64,000 nucleotides of DNA from Pseudomonadota bacterium (lineage in GTDB: Bacteria > Pseudomonadota > Alphaproteobacteria > Rhizobiales > Hyphomicrobiaceae): NCBI GenBank assembly GCA_023410905.1, contig JAEYPL010000031.1, positions 31,137-95,136 of the forward strand, written 5' to 3'. The notes beneath the pieces are model-generated. The model was not told the origin of the DNA. It saw only the letters and a list, made by a program, of their open reading frames with translations, and ran no database searches. Below, piece by piece: positions 48,656 through 55,729 of the stretch. Both the position numbers and the translations under genes were made by a program. The first letter of the stretch is position 1. Each line of letters opens with the position of its first letter.

Positions 48656-48682
48656 GGAACGAATTGGTTGGTCATCTGTTCC
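48656..48682. promoter_or_regulatory. Dyad-type divergent sigma-EcfG-like promoter pair (GGAACG-N15-TGTTCC)
   Basis: Minus strand is a perfect match: GGAAC (48682-78), N16, CGTT (48661-58), driving 48547<-. Plus strand is a near match: GGAAC (48656-60), N16, TGTT (48677-80), driving the small ORF at 48748 and the membrane protein gene. Confidence 0.55.
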
Positions 48683-48747
48683 GTTGGCAACTGACCGTGC
48701 ATGGAAAATCACGGGTCAGCCGAGCCACACACATCGAGGAGCGCGCT

Positions 48748-48822
48748 ATGGACGGAATAATTTACCTTGTCGGTCTGATTGTCGTCGTCATGGCGATCCT
48801 CTCCGTTCTTGGTCTGAGGTGA
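48748..48822 (+). CDS. Candidate 24-aa hydrophobic peptide
   Basis: MDGIIYLVGLIVVVMAILSVLGLR, with GAGGAG RBS 7 nt upstream. Its stop is 5 nt before the next ATG. It is too short for the ORF track. Confidence 0.35.
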   Translation: MDGIIYLVGLIVVVMAILSVLGLR

Positions 48823-48827
48823 GTGCC

Positions 48828-49727
48828 ATGGCAAGTGTGGTGACACCCGTCAGGGTGAGCGGTGTGGATTGGAAGGCGATCATCGCGGGCGCGGTTGCTG
48901 CCGTTGCGATTTCCGGACTTCTTACGGCATTTGGAACTGCGATCGGCATGTCGTTGACATCGGCCCATCGTAATTCCGGCCTCTCGATAACGACCCTCGC
49001 GATTGCTGCGGCAATATGGATGGTGATGGTCCACATCTGGGCCTTTGCTGCTGGCGGCTACCTTGCAGGACGCTTGTCGGAGGTTCCGGATCTCGATCCT
49101 GAAGAGTCGCAGTTCCGGGCGGGTTCGACCGGCTTCTTAGTGTGGGCACTTGGAACGGCAGTGGGGTTGATCTTCCTGGCTCTCGCCGCAAGCACGGTCG
49201 TTCGTTCGACAGCAGAAGTTGCCGGCCAGGCCGCGTCCGGTGTGGCGCAGGCTGCGTCCAACCTCTCTGCTGAAAACGTCTCGTATGTCGCCGATGCTCT
49301 CTTCCGCGCGCAAGCCGGAGCGCCGGGGGCGCCGCCCGCGAACGTCGCCCAGAACAGGCCGGATCCAGCGGTCGTCGCGGAGGCTGGCCGCATCTTTGTG
49401 GTTGGCTTGGCGGAAGGATCGCTCAGTGCCGGCGATCGCACGTATCTGGCGCAGATGGTCTCGAGACAGACCGGATTGCCAGAAGCGGATGCGCAACGCC
49501 GCGTCGATGAGACCTACGCGCGCGCGCAGGGCATGAAGGAAATGGCGGAACGGCGCGTCCGAGAGGTAGCGGATACCGCACGTAAGCAGGCGGTGGTTGC
49601 CGGATTTCTCGCCGCTGCGGCATCGCTGATGGGGCTGGTGGCCGCGGCGTGGGCAGCAGGCCTAGGCCGTGAGCACCAGAATACTCGCCACTACCCGACC
49701 ATCTTTGGTGCTGCCCGCTTCTGGTAG
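48828..49727 (+). CDS. Hypothetical membrane protein (about 299 aa)
   Basis: The in-frame ATG at 48828 within ORF 48507..49727 starts the hydrophobic part (four predicted TM helices). An Ala-rich coiled region and a C-terminal TM helix follow. No family recognised. Confidence 0.7.
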   Translation: MASVVTPVRVSGVDWKAIIAGAVAAVAISGLLTAFGTAIGMSLTSAHRNSGLSITTLAIAAAIWMVMVHIWAFAAGGYLAGRLSEVPDLDPEESQFRAGSTGFLVWALGTAVGLIFLALAASTVVRSTAEVAGQAASGVAQAASNLSAENVSYVADALFRAQAGAPGAPPANVAQNRPDPAVVAEAGRIFVVGLAEGSLSAGDRTYLAQMVSRQTGLPEADAQRRVDETYARAQGMKEMAERRVREVADTARKQAVVAGFLAAAASLMGLVAAAWAAGLGREHQNTRHYPTIFGAARFW

Positions 49728-49742
49728 CCCGCTGGGAAGTTC

Positions 49743-49776
49743 GTACCGGCGGTGACATCCAACTCACCGCCGGTAC
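49743..49776. terminator. 13-bp perfect-stem hairpin between convergent genes
   Basis: GTACCGGCGGTGA-catccaac-TCACCGCCGGTAC. There is no clear U-tract on either side, so it may act as a bidirectional terminator or RNA-stability element. Confidence 0.55.
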
Positions 49777-49817
49777 CCATTGTCGAGCGGACTCGAGCCA
49801 AATGACGAGCTCACGAG

Positions 49818-50303
49818 TTAGCGAAGCTCCACCTTGGCCACGTTCTCCTTGTACTGCTCCTTGGGATCGGCGCCGAGAAGCAGTTTGATACCCGCAACAA
49901 TGCTTGAGGCATCCAACCATATTTCAGCGCGCTCTGGCTCGAGGCGGAGAAGAGCCAGCTTCGGATCCGCCTTGCCGCCTTCGAACCATGCGGCGACGTA
50001 CCGGTTCCACAGCCGGTCTATCGTGGCTGGATTGTCATCAAGGCTCAGCTTGCCGTGCAAAGTAGCGAAGAGGTCATGGCCCTTTGAAGTAAAGGTCGCG
50101 ATAGCGCGTTCGCCTTGCGGCAACTTCTCGACCAACGCATTGTCCTTGCTCGTGAAGAACCAGATCGGGCCGCGCGCGCCTTCGACTTGAGCGGTCATCG
50201 GGCGCGCGTGCCCATCCTCCAGGCCGTCGAGACCGAGCATCATGGTCATATCGGACTGAAGAGACTTCCAGAATTTTGCTTCGAGCTCCTGCGGCGTCGG
50301 CAT
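49818..50303 (-). CDS. General stress protein 26-like pyridoxamine 5'-phosphate oxidase-fold protein
   Basis: ..ARPMTAQVEGARGPIWFFTSKDNALVEKL..LWNRYVAAWFEGGKADPKLALLRLEPERAEIW is the PPOX/GSP26 pattern. The ATG at 50303 has a GGAG RBS; the ORF track TTG at 50336 overlaps the predicted -10 element. Confidence 0.85.
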   Translation of the reverse strand: MPTPQELEAKFWKSLQSDMTMMLGLDGLEDGHARPMTAQVEGARGPIWFFTSKDNALVEKLPQGERAIATFTSKGHDLFATLHGKLSLDDNPATIDRLWNRYVAAWFEGGKADPKLALLRLEPERAEIWLDASSIVAGIKLLLGADPKEQYKENVAKVELR

Positions 50304-50334
50304 CGATCTGCTCCTATGTTGCCTTTCGGAGGAC

Positions 50335-50359
50335 AACCAAGACGATCAACGCAAGTTCC
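50335..50359 (-). promoter_or_regulatory. Near-consensus sigma-EcfG-type promoter (GGAAC-N17-GTTG)
   Basis: Minus strand reads GGAAC (50359-55), ttgcgttgatcgtcttg, GTTG, about 30 nt before ATG 50303. Confidence 0.4.
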
Positions 50360-50377
50360 TCGATGAGGTCGACCTTC

Positions 50378-50506
50378 TCAACTCAATGTGACGTAACCGA
50401 TCCAGATAATCGCCAACAAGACCACACCGCCGATGAACCGGCCTGCTGAACTCGCATTATAGAGCGGTGTGCGTACTGCTGGAGGCCGCTCGTGGTCCGT
50501 CGACAT
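50378..50506 (-). CDS. Candidate 42-aa small membrane protein
   Basis: MSTDHERPPAVRTPLYNASSAGRFIGGVVLLAIIWIGYVTLS has one TM helix. GAGGAGAG RBS 5 nt upstream. It is too short for the ORF track. Confidence 0.3.
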   Translation of the reverse strand: MSTDHERPPAVRTPLYNASSAGRFIGGVVLLAIIWIGYVTLS

Positions 50507-50538
50507 GTCCACTCTCCTCGATAGTTCGTATCGAGTAA

Positions 50539-50556
50539 CTCTCATGCTCATGAGAG
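50539..50556. promoter_or_regulatory. Perfect 18-bp palindrome CTCTCATG-CT-CATGAGAG
   Basis: 8-bp arms about 33 bp upstream of the candidate small ORF start at 50506. Candidate operator. Confidence 0.3.
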
Positions 50557-51105
50557 GTTGCCCTGATCTTCAGCCAACCGCCCCGAGAGCTGAGGCTGCT
50601 CGGGAACAGGTTCTCTCGGTCCGTGGTTATATGGCTCAAGCAGCGATCCATGGCGCATGTTGCGCGCACCCAGCAAGCAGCAAGCAGGCGAGGCAGAATA
50701 TTTGAGATGACGACGATCGAGCAGGATGCGACGCATTTCAGGGATTCGGCACTACGGAAGCTGCGTGTGGGAAACGTGGACGTCGAGCAGTTCACGCTCG
50801 GTGATTAGTGCGTCGGGCATGCATCCAACGGCCGAATGGCCGCGATCGCAGCAGACTGACAAGGATCGCTACCATCGTGCGATGGACAACGTGCGCATGC
50901 TGGGGCAGCGCGACGGCGCTCGCCATATCCGCAGTCCCGCACCGCATATTAATTGGGAAAGGGGTTCGCAGGCGTGCGCACGACGTCGCGTGTGTTGTCA
51001 CCATAGCCGTGCACGACCTCAGTCACGTCGCGGAAATCGTAGAGACTGTCATCGCCAGAAGACGCAAACACTCGATCTGGAAATATCGGAAAGCCGAACC
51101 TCCAG

Positions 51106-51693
51106 ATGGACGCCACCTTGCCCATCGTCTGGGAAGAGAACCGGGCGCACCTGAGCGATCTGGAGATCCTCGTCAAGATGGCCGAGGCGACGAACAAGTT
51201 CCGTGACTACGTCGGCGAGGTCGCGACCGTGATGATCCTGACCAAGATGTACGCCGAGAGCGTCCAGGCCGGGAAGCCAAACCCGACGATCGCGGACGTC
51301 AAGGCCCGCATGGCCACCCTCGGAGAGCAGACTGCGGCGTTCGTCAACCAGACCCCTGAGAAGTCGGCCGACATGCTCAACAGCATCCTGGCCAAGAAGC
51401 GGGGACGCTGCGTCACCGTCGCTATCCGCTACGCCGTCACCTGGGGCACTGGCGAGTACGTGAAGTGGGGGCCTGCTCGCACCGCTCAGGTGTGGGCTCG
51501 CAAGGCCGATGCTGAAGCGATGGTGCAAGTCCTGGGCGGCGACGCCCGGGTCGAGACCGTCCAGCTCGTCTTCGGCCCAGATGTTTCATCTGATCCCCAT
51601 CACACGGCCGATAGCCGGGACAAAAACTGGGACAATTGTCCCCAAAAAACTGTCCCTGGGACAATATTGGGGGCAGTGCGGATCGACTGGTAA
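51106..51693 (+). CDS. Hypothetical protein (orphan ORF next to tRNA-His)
   Basis: 195-aa ORF with coding-like composition and no recognisable motif. Its last ~25 codons run through the heptamer/hairpin array downstream of tRNA-His, so the 3' end is doubtful. Confidence 0.45.
   Translation: MDATLPIVWEENRAHLSDLEILVKMAEATNKFRDYVGEVATVMILTKMYAESVQAGKPNPTIADVKARMATLGEQTAAFVNQTPEKSADMLNSILAKKRGRCVTVAIRYAVTWGTGEYVKWGPARTAQVWARKADAEAMVQVLGGDARVETVQLVFGPDVSSDPHHTADSRDKNWDNCPQKTVPGTILGAVRIDW
51617..51665. repeat. Array of five GGGACAA/TTGTCCC heptamers, including a perfect 14-bp palindrome GGGACAATTGTCCC
   Basis: Direct copies at 51617, 51629 and 51658. Inverted copies at 51636 and 51650 (one mismatch). 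On the minus strand the two inverted pairs are each followed by a T-run (AGTTTTT, GTTTTTT). Confidence 0.5.
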
Positions 51694-51717
51694 GTAGCTG
51701 ATTTCTCTCTGAGAATG

Positions 51718-51794
51718 TGGTACCGCCTCCCCGGCTCGAACGGGGGACCCCCAGATCCACAATCTGGTGCTCTAACCAACTGAGCTAAGGCGGC
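51718..51794 (-). tRNA. tRNA-His (anticodon GTG), CCA encoded, no encoded G-1
   Basis: Manual cloverleaf: acceptor GCCGCCU/AGGCGGU (G1:U72), D arm GCUC-AGUUGGUUA-GAGC, anticodon arm CCAGA-UUGUGGA-UCUGG, variable loop GGGUC, T arm CCCCG-UUCGAGC-CGGGG, then A73 and CCA. The base at -1 is U. Confidence 0.95.
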
Positions 51795-52080
51795 ACAGGC
51801 GACGGCGGCCCGGAACAGGGCGCTGGGCAGTCGGCAGGGGGTTCTCTAACGCGCTTCCCGGGCCTTGGCAAGGCAGGGGAACCCGGCCACTCCATAATGC
51901 GCGGATCGCCTGGGAAAATGGGGCGGATCGCAGGTCCGCCGCGCGATCCGCACATGACGGACGAAGCGGCGCGCGTGGCCGCAATGCTCTATAAAGCAGA
52001 CCCCGCGGCCCCATCGGGCCGCCGAGCTTCCAAAGGGCACGCCAGAGCCCGGAAGCCCAGAGTGGTACGGAGCGCGTCCT

Positions 52081-54018
52081 GTGCCCACACCTGCTTCTCC
52101 AATACCCGACGAGGTTCAGCCCAGCACTTCCGAAGGCCCGGAGATTGCCGGTACCGAAGCTGGGCGGCTTGTCGCGCTGACGGTCATCGGCATCGGCGTC
52201 GTCTACGGCGACATCGGCACCAGCCCGCTCTATGCCTTCAAGGATGCCGTCGCGGCAGCGTCGGGCGGCGCTGGCGTCGCGCCGCGTCCCGAAGCAGTGT
52301 TCGGCATACTCTCGCTCATCCTGTGGGCGCTGATCATACTGGTCAGCATCAAGTATGTGCTGATCCTGCTGCGCGCGGACAACCACGGCGAAGGCGGCAT
52401 CCTCGCTCTCATGGCGCTCGTCCAGCGGGCATCATCTCGCAAGGCGCTGCCGGTACTCGTGCTCGGCGCGGTCGGTGCCGCGCTCTTCTACGGCGACGCG
52501 TTGATCACACCCGCCATCTCCGTGATGTCGGCCGTCGAGGGCGCGAAGCTCGCGATGCCGGTATCACAGGCCGGCGCACTGTTTGCGACGATGGTCATCC
52601 TCGTCGCGCTCTTTGCCGTGCAGAGCTATGGTACGCATCGCGTCGCCGGCGCTTTTGGGCCCGTGATGATCCTGTGGTTCCTGGTCATCGGCGGCGCCGG
52701 GCTCTACCAGATCGTGCTCAATCCGCAGGTCATTGCGGCCGTCAGTCCGCATCATGCCGTCGTCTTTCTAGCGAGCAATACCGCGATCGGTCTCGTGACG
52801 CTCGGTGCGGTGTTTCTCGCAGTAACCGGCGCGGAAGCGCTCTATGCCGATCTCGGCCATATCGGCCGCAGGCCGATCACCATTGCGTGGTTCTTCTTCG
52901 TGCTGCCGTCACTTGTGCTCAGCTACTTCGGGCAGGGTGCGGTCGTGCTGGCGGATGCTTCCGCGATCGACAATCCATTCTACCGGACGGTGCCGGAGGC
53001 CTATCTGCTGCCGATGGTCGGTCTCGCGACGCTCGCCACGATCATTGCCAGTCAGGCGACGATCACGGGCGCGTTCTCGCTGACGCGACAAGCCATTCAG
53101 CTTCGCCTGCTGCCGCGCATGAGCATCCAGCACACCTCGGGCGAGCACGCGGGGCAGATCTACGTGCCTGCCGTCAATTGGCTCATGATGGCCGGCGTTC
53201 TGACGATCGTGTGGAATTTCCAGACTTCGACGGAACTCGCGGCCGCATACGGCATTGCCGTAACCGGAACGATGATCGTCACGGCGATCCTCGCCAGTCT
53301 GATGATGGCCTGGCACTGGAAGTGGTCGCCGCTTCGCATAGCGCTCGTCATGGCGCCGTTTCTCGCCCTCGAAGTGGTGTTTCTCTCGGCGAATCTGCTG
53401 AAGGTCCTGGATGGCGGTTGGGTGACGCTGCTGATGGCCGCCTGCATGCTCACAGCCATGCTCGTGTGGTGGCGCGGATCGGGCATTCTGCTTGCCAAGA
53501 CGCGACGGAGTGAGCTGCCGATCGCCGATCTCATGCCGAGCCTCGAGCGGTCAAGCATGACGGTCGTCCCGGGAACTGGTGTGTATCTCACGGCCAACGC
53601 CAACAACACGCCGACCGCGCTCCTTCACACGATCAAGCATTTCAAGGTCACGCATGAGCAGATCGTTGTGCTGACGGTGATCACGTCCAATTGGCCGTAC
53701 CTCAGCATGGCGGAGAGCGTGTCGATGGAGCGGCTTTCCGAGCGGCTGGTCCGCGTGAGCGTGGTCACGGGCTTCATGCAGCAGCCGAATGTGCCGGCTG
53801 TTCTCGACTATTGCCGCGAGCAGGGATTGGCGGGCGACGCCGCGTCCACGTCCTACATGCTCTCGCGACGTGAAGTGAAGGCCGAGCACCCGTCCGCCAT
53901 GCCGATGCCGGCCACGGCGCTGTTCGTCGTGCTCGCGCACAACGCGGCCGATGCGACGGACTACTTCGGCATACCGAAGGATCGCGTGGTGGAGATCGGG
54001 ACGCAGGTTGGATTGTGA
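52081..54018 (+). CDS. kup: KUP/HAK/KT-family potassium transporter
   Basis: VVYGDIGTSPLYAF signature, about 12 TM segments and a C-terminal cytoplasmic domain. GTG start at 52081 (uncertain). Confidence 0.9.
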   Translation: MPTPASPIPDEVQPSTSEGPEIAGTEAGRLVALTVIGIGVVYGDIGTSPLYAFKDAVAAASGGAGVAPRPEAVFGILSLILWALIILVSIKYVLILLRADNHGEGGILALMALVQRASSRKALPVLVLGAVGAALFYGDALITPAISVMSAVEGAKLAMPVSQAGALFATMVILVALFAVQSYGTHRVAGAFGPVMILWFLVIGGAGLYQIVLNPQVIAAVSPHHAVVFLASNTAIGLVTLGAVFLAVTGAEALYADLGHIGRRPITIAWFFFVLPSLVLSYFGQGAVVLADASAIDNPFYRTVPEAYLLPMVGLATLATIIASQATITGAFSLTRQAIQLRLLPRMSIQHTSGEHAGQIYVPAVNWLMMAGVLTIVWNFQTSTELAAAYGIAVTGTMIVTAILASLMMAWHWKWSPLRIALVMAPFLALEVVFLSANLLKVLDGGWVTLLMAACMLTAMLVWWRGSGILLAKTRRSELPIADLMPSLERSSMTVVPGTGVYLTANANNTPTALLHTIKHFKVTHEQIVVLTVITSNWPYLSMAESVSMERLSERLVRVSVVTGFMQQPNVPAVLDYCREQGLAGDAASTSYMLSRREVKAEHPSAMPMPATALFVVLAHNAADATDYFGIPKDRVVEIGTQVGL

Positions 54019-54062
54019 GTGAAGTGCACGCCGTCGTTGGCATGCACGATCAAAACTGACGC

Positions 54063-54083
54063 GAGCGCGCCCTTCGCGCGCTC
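54063..54083. terminator. 8-bp GC hairpin between convergent kup and purA
   Basis: GAGCGCGC-ccttc-GCGCGCTC, overlapping the purA stop codon. No U-tract. Confidence 0.35.
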
Positions 54084-55392
54084 AGTCTTGAAATGGATCC
54101 CGCATCAGGATCGTGTCGTCTCGCTCGGGGCTCGTCGAGAGCAGCGTAACCGGGCACTCGATCAGCTCCTCGATATGGCGCACGTACTTGACGGCTTGGG
54201 CCGGAAGGTTGGCCCAGCTCCGCGCGCCTTGCGTCGATTCCGTCCAGCCCTCGAAGCTCTCGTAGATGGGCTTGACGCGCGCCTGCTCGTTCATGCCAGC
54301 GGGAAGGCGGTCGATACGCTTGCCGTCGAGCTCATAGGCCACACAGACCTTGATCTCGGGAAGCGCGTCGAGAATGTCGAGCTTGGTGAGCGCGATGCCT
54401 GTGATGCCGGCGACGCGTACGATCTGGCGCACGAGCACGGCATCGAACCAGCCGCAGCGCCGGCGCCGGCCGGTGTTGACGCCGAACTCCTTGCCGCGCT
54501 CGCCGAGAAGGCGGCCGATCTCGTCGGGCTCGCCATCGGGACCGAGAAGCTCGGTCGGGAAGGGGCCCGAGCCGACGCGCGTCGTGTAGGCCTTGGCGAG
54601 ACCGAGGACGTAGCTCAGTGCTGCCGGGCCCATGCCCGAACCTGCAGCCGCCTGCCCCGCGACCGTGTTGGACGAGGTGACGTAGGGATAGGTGCCGTGA
54701 TCGACGTCGAGCAGTGCGCCCTGCGCACCTTCGAAGAGAATGCGCTTGCCGGCCTTGCGGGCGCTATCGAGCGTATCCCAGACGGTGTCGATGTAAGGCA
54801 GGATCTTCGGCGAGATTTCCGTCAGCTCGTCGATGAGCGCCTGTTTGCTGATGAGCGGTTTGCCGAGCCCGCTTCTGAGCGCGTTGTGGTGGACGAGCAG
54901 CCGGTCGATCTTGGGGCCGAGATTGTGTAGGTTGCGCAGATCCTGCACGCGGATGGCGCGACGGCCGACCTTGTCCTCGTAGGCGGGGCCGATGCCGCGC
55001 CCCGTGGTGCCGATCTTCTGGGCGGCCGCAGCTTCCTCGCGGAGCTGATCCAGCTCGCGATGAAGCGGGAGAATGAGCGTTGCGTTCTCGGCGACCTTGA
55101 GCTGCTCGGGGCCAATGTCGATGCCGAGCTTGCGGATGCCTTCGATCTCGGAGACCAGATGCCAGGGATCGACGACGACGCCGTTGCCGATGACGGAGAG
55201 CTTGCCCGGACGGACGACACCTGACGGCAGCAGCGCGAGCTTGTAGGTCTTGCCCTCGATGACGAGCGTATGGCCGGCATTGTGGCCACCCTGGAAGCGC
55301 ACGACGATGTCGGCACGCTCCGAAAGCCAGTCCACGATCTTGCCTTTGCCCTCGTCGCCCCATTGGGCGCCGACAACCACCACGTTCGCCAT
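54082..55392 (-). CDS. purA: Adenylosuccinate synthase
   Basis: [21 protein letters not shown].., GGHNAGHT and [14 protein letters not shown] motifs. Confidence 0.95.
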   Translation of the reverse strand: MANVVVVGAQWGDEGKGKIVDWLSERADIVVRFQGGHNAGHTLVIEGKTYKLALLPSGVVRPGKLSVIGNGVVVDPWHLVSEIEGIRKLGIDIGPEQLKVAENATLILPLHRELDQLREEAAAAQKIGTTGRGIGPAYEDKVGRRAIRVQDLRNLHNLGPKIDRLLVHHNALRSGLGKPLISKQALIDELTEISPKILPYIDTVWDTLDSARKAGKRILFEGAQGALLDVDHGTYPYVTSSNTVAGQAAAGSGMGPAALSYVLGLAKAYTTRVGSGPFPTELLGPDGEPDEIGRLLGERGKEFGVNTGRRRRCGWFDAVLVRQIVRVAGITGIALTKLDILDALPEIKVCVAYELDGKRIDRLPAGMNEQARVKPIYESFEGWTESTQGARSWANLPAQAVKYVRHIEELIECPVTLLSTSPERDDTILMRDPFQD

Positions 55393-55581
55393 TGTCTGAT
55401 GCCTCTTCTACGCAGCGCGTGGCTGCGGGAAGGCGTTAGCCCGTGGGAGGGCGCGGCGCAAGCCTTACTTGCCGCGGGCTGCTGGGAAGAGGTGTTTTGC
55501 AACCCTTCCGTCGTGCCATGCCGGCGGCGGTAAGCGGCGGCCTGCGCCGAGGTTTGCGCAAGCTTCCGCCCCTCATCCTAA

Positions 55582-55610
55582 CCTTCTCCCCGTATTGGAC
55601 GGGGAGAAGG
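55582..55610. repeat. REP-like 11-bp perfect-stem hairpin
   Basis: CCTTCTCCCCG-tattgga-CGGGGAGAAGG, in the 337-bp gap between the MoxR-operon end and the purA start. It resembles the 'ctccccg..cggggag' intergenic repeats common in Rhizobiales. Confidence 0.45.
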
Positions 55611-55729
55611 GACATGGTGGCGCCAGCCGTAAGCTCCGGGTCATAAAAAGGAGGGGGGTTCGGGGTCTCCCCGATTGGGGCCAGAGGCGAAAGCCCCGTC
55701 GCGCCGGAGGCGCGAGTTGGTCACCCGAA

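Noticed and set aside
51897-53513. 538-aa plus-strand ORF overlapping kup in another frame.
   Set aside because: The translation is extremely Arg-rich, whereas the overlapping frame carries the unambiguous KUP signature (GDIGTSPLYAF).
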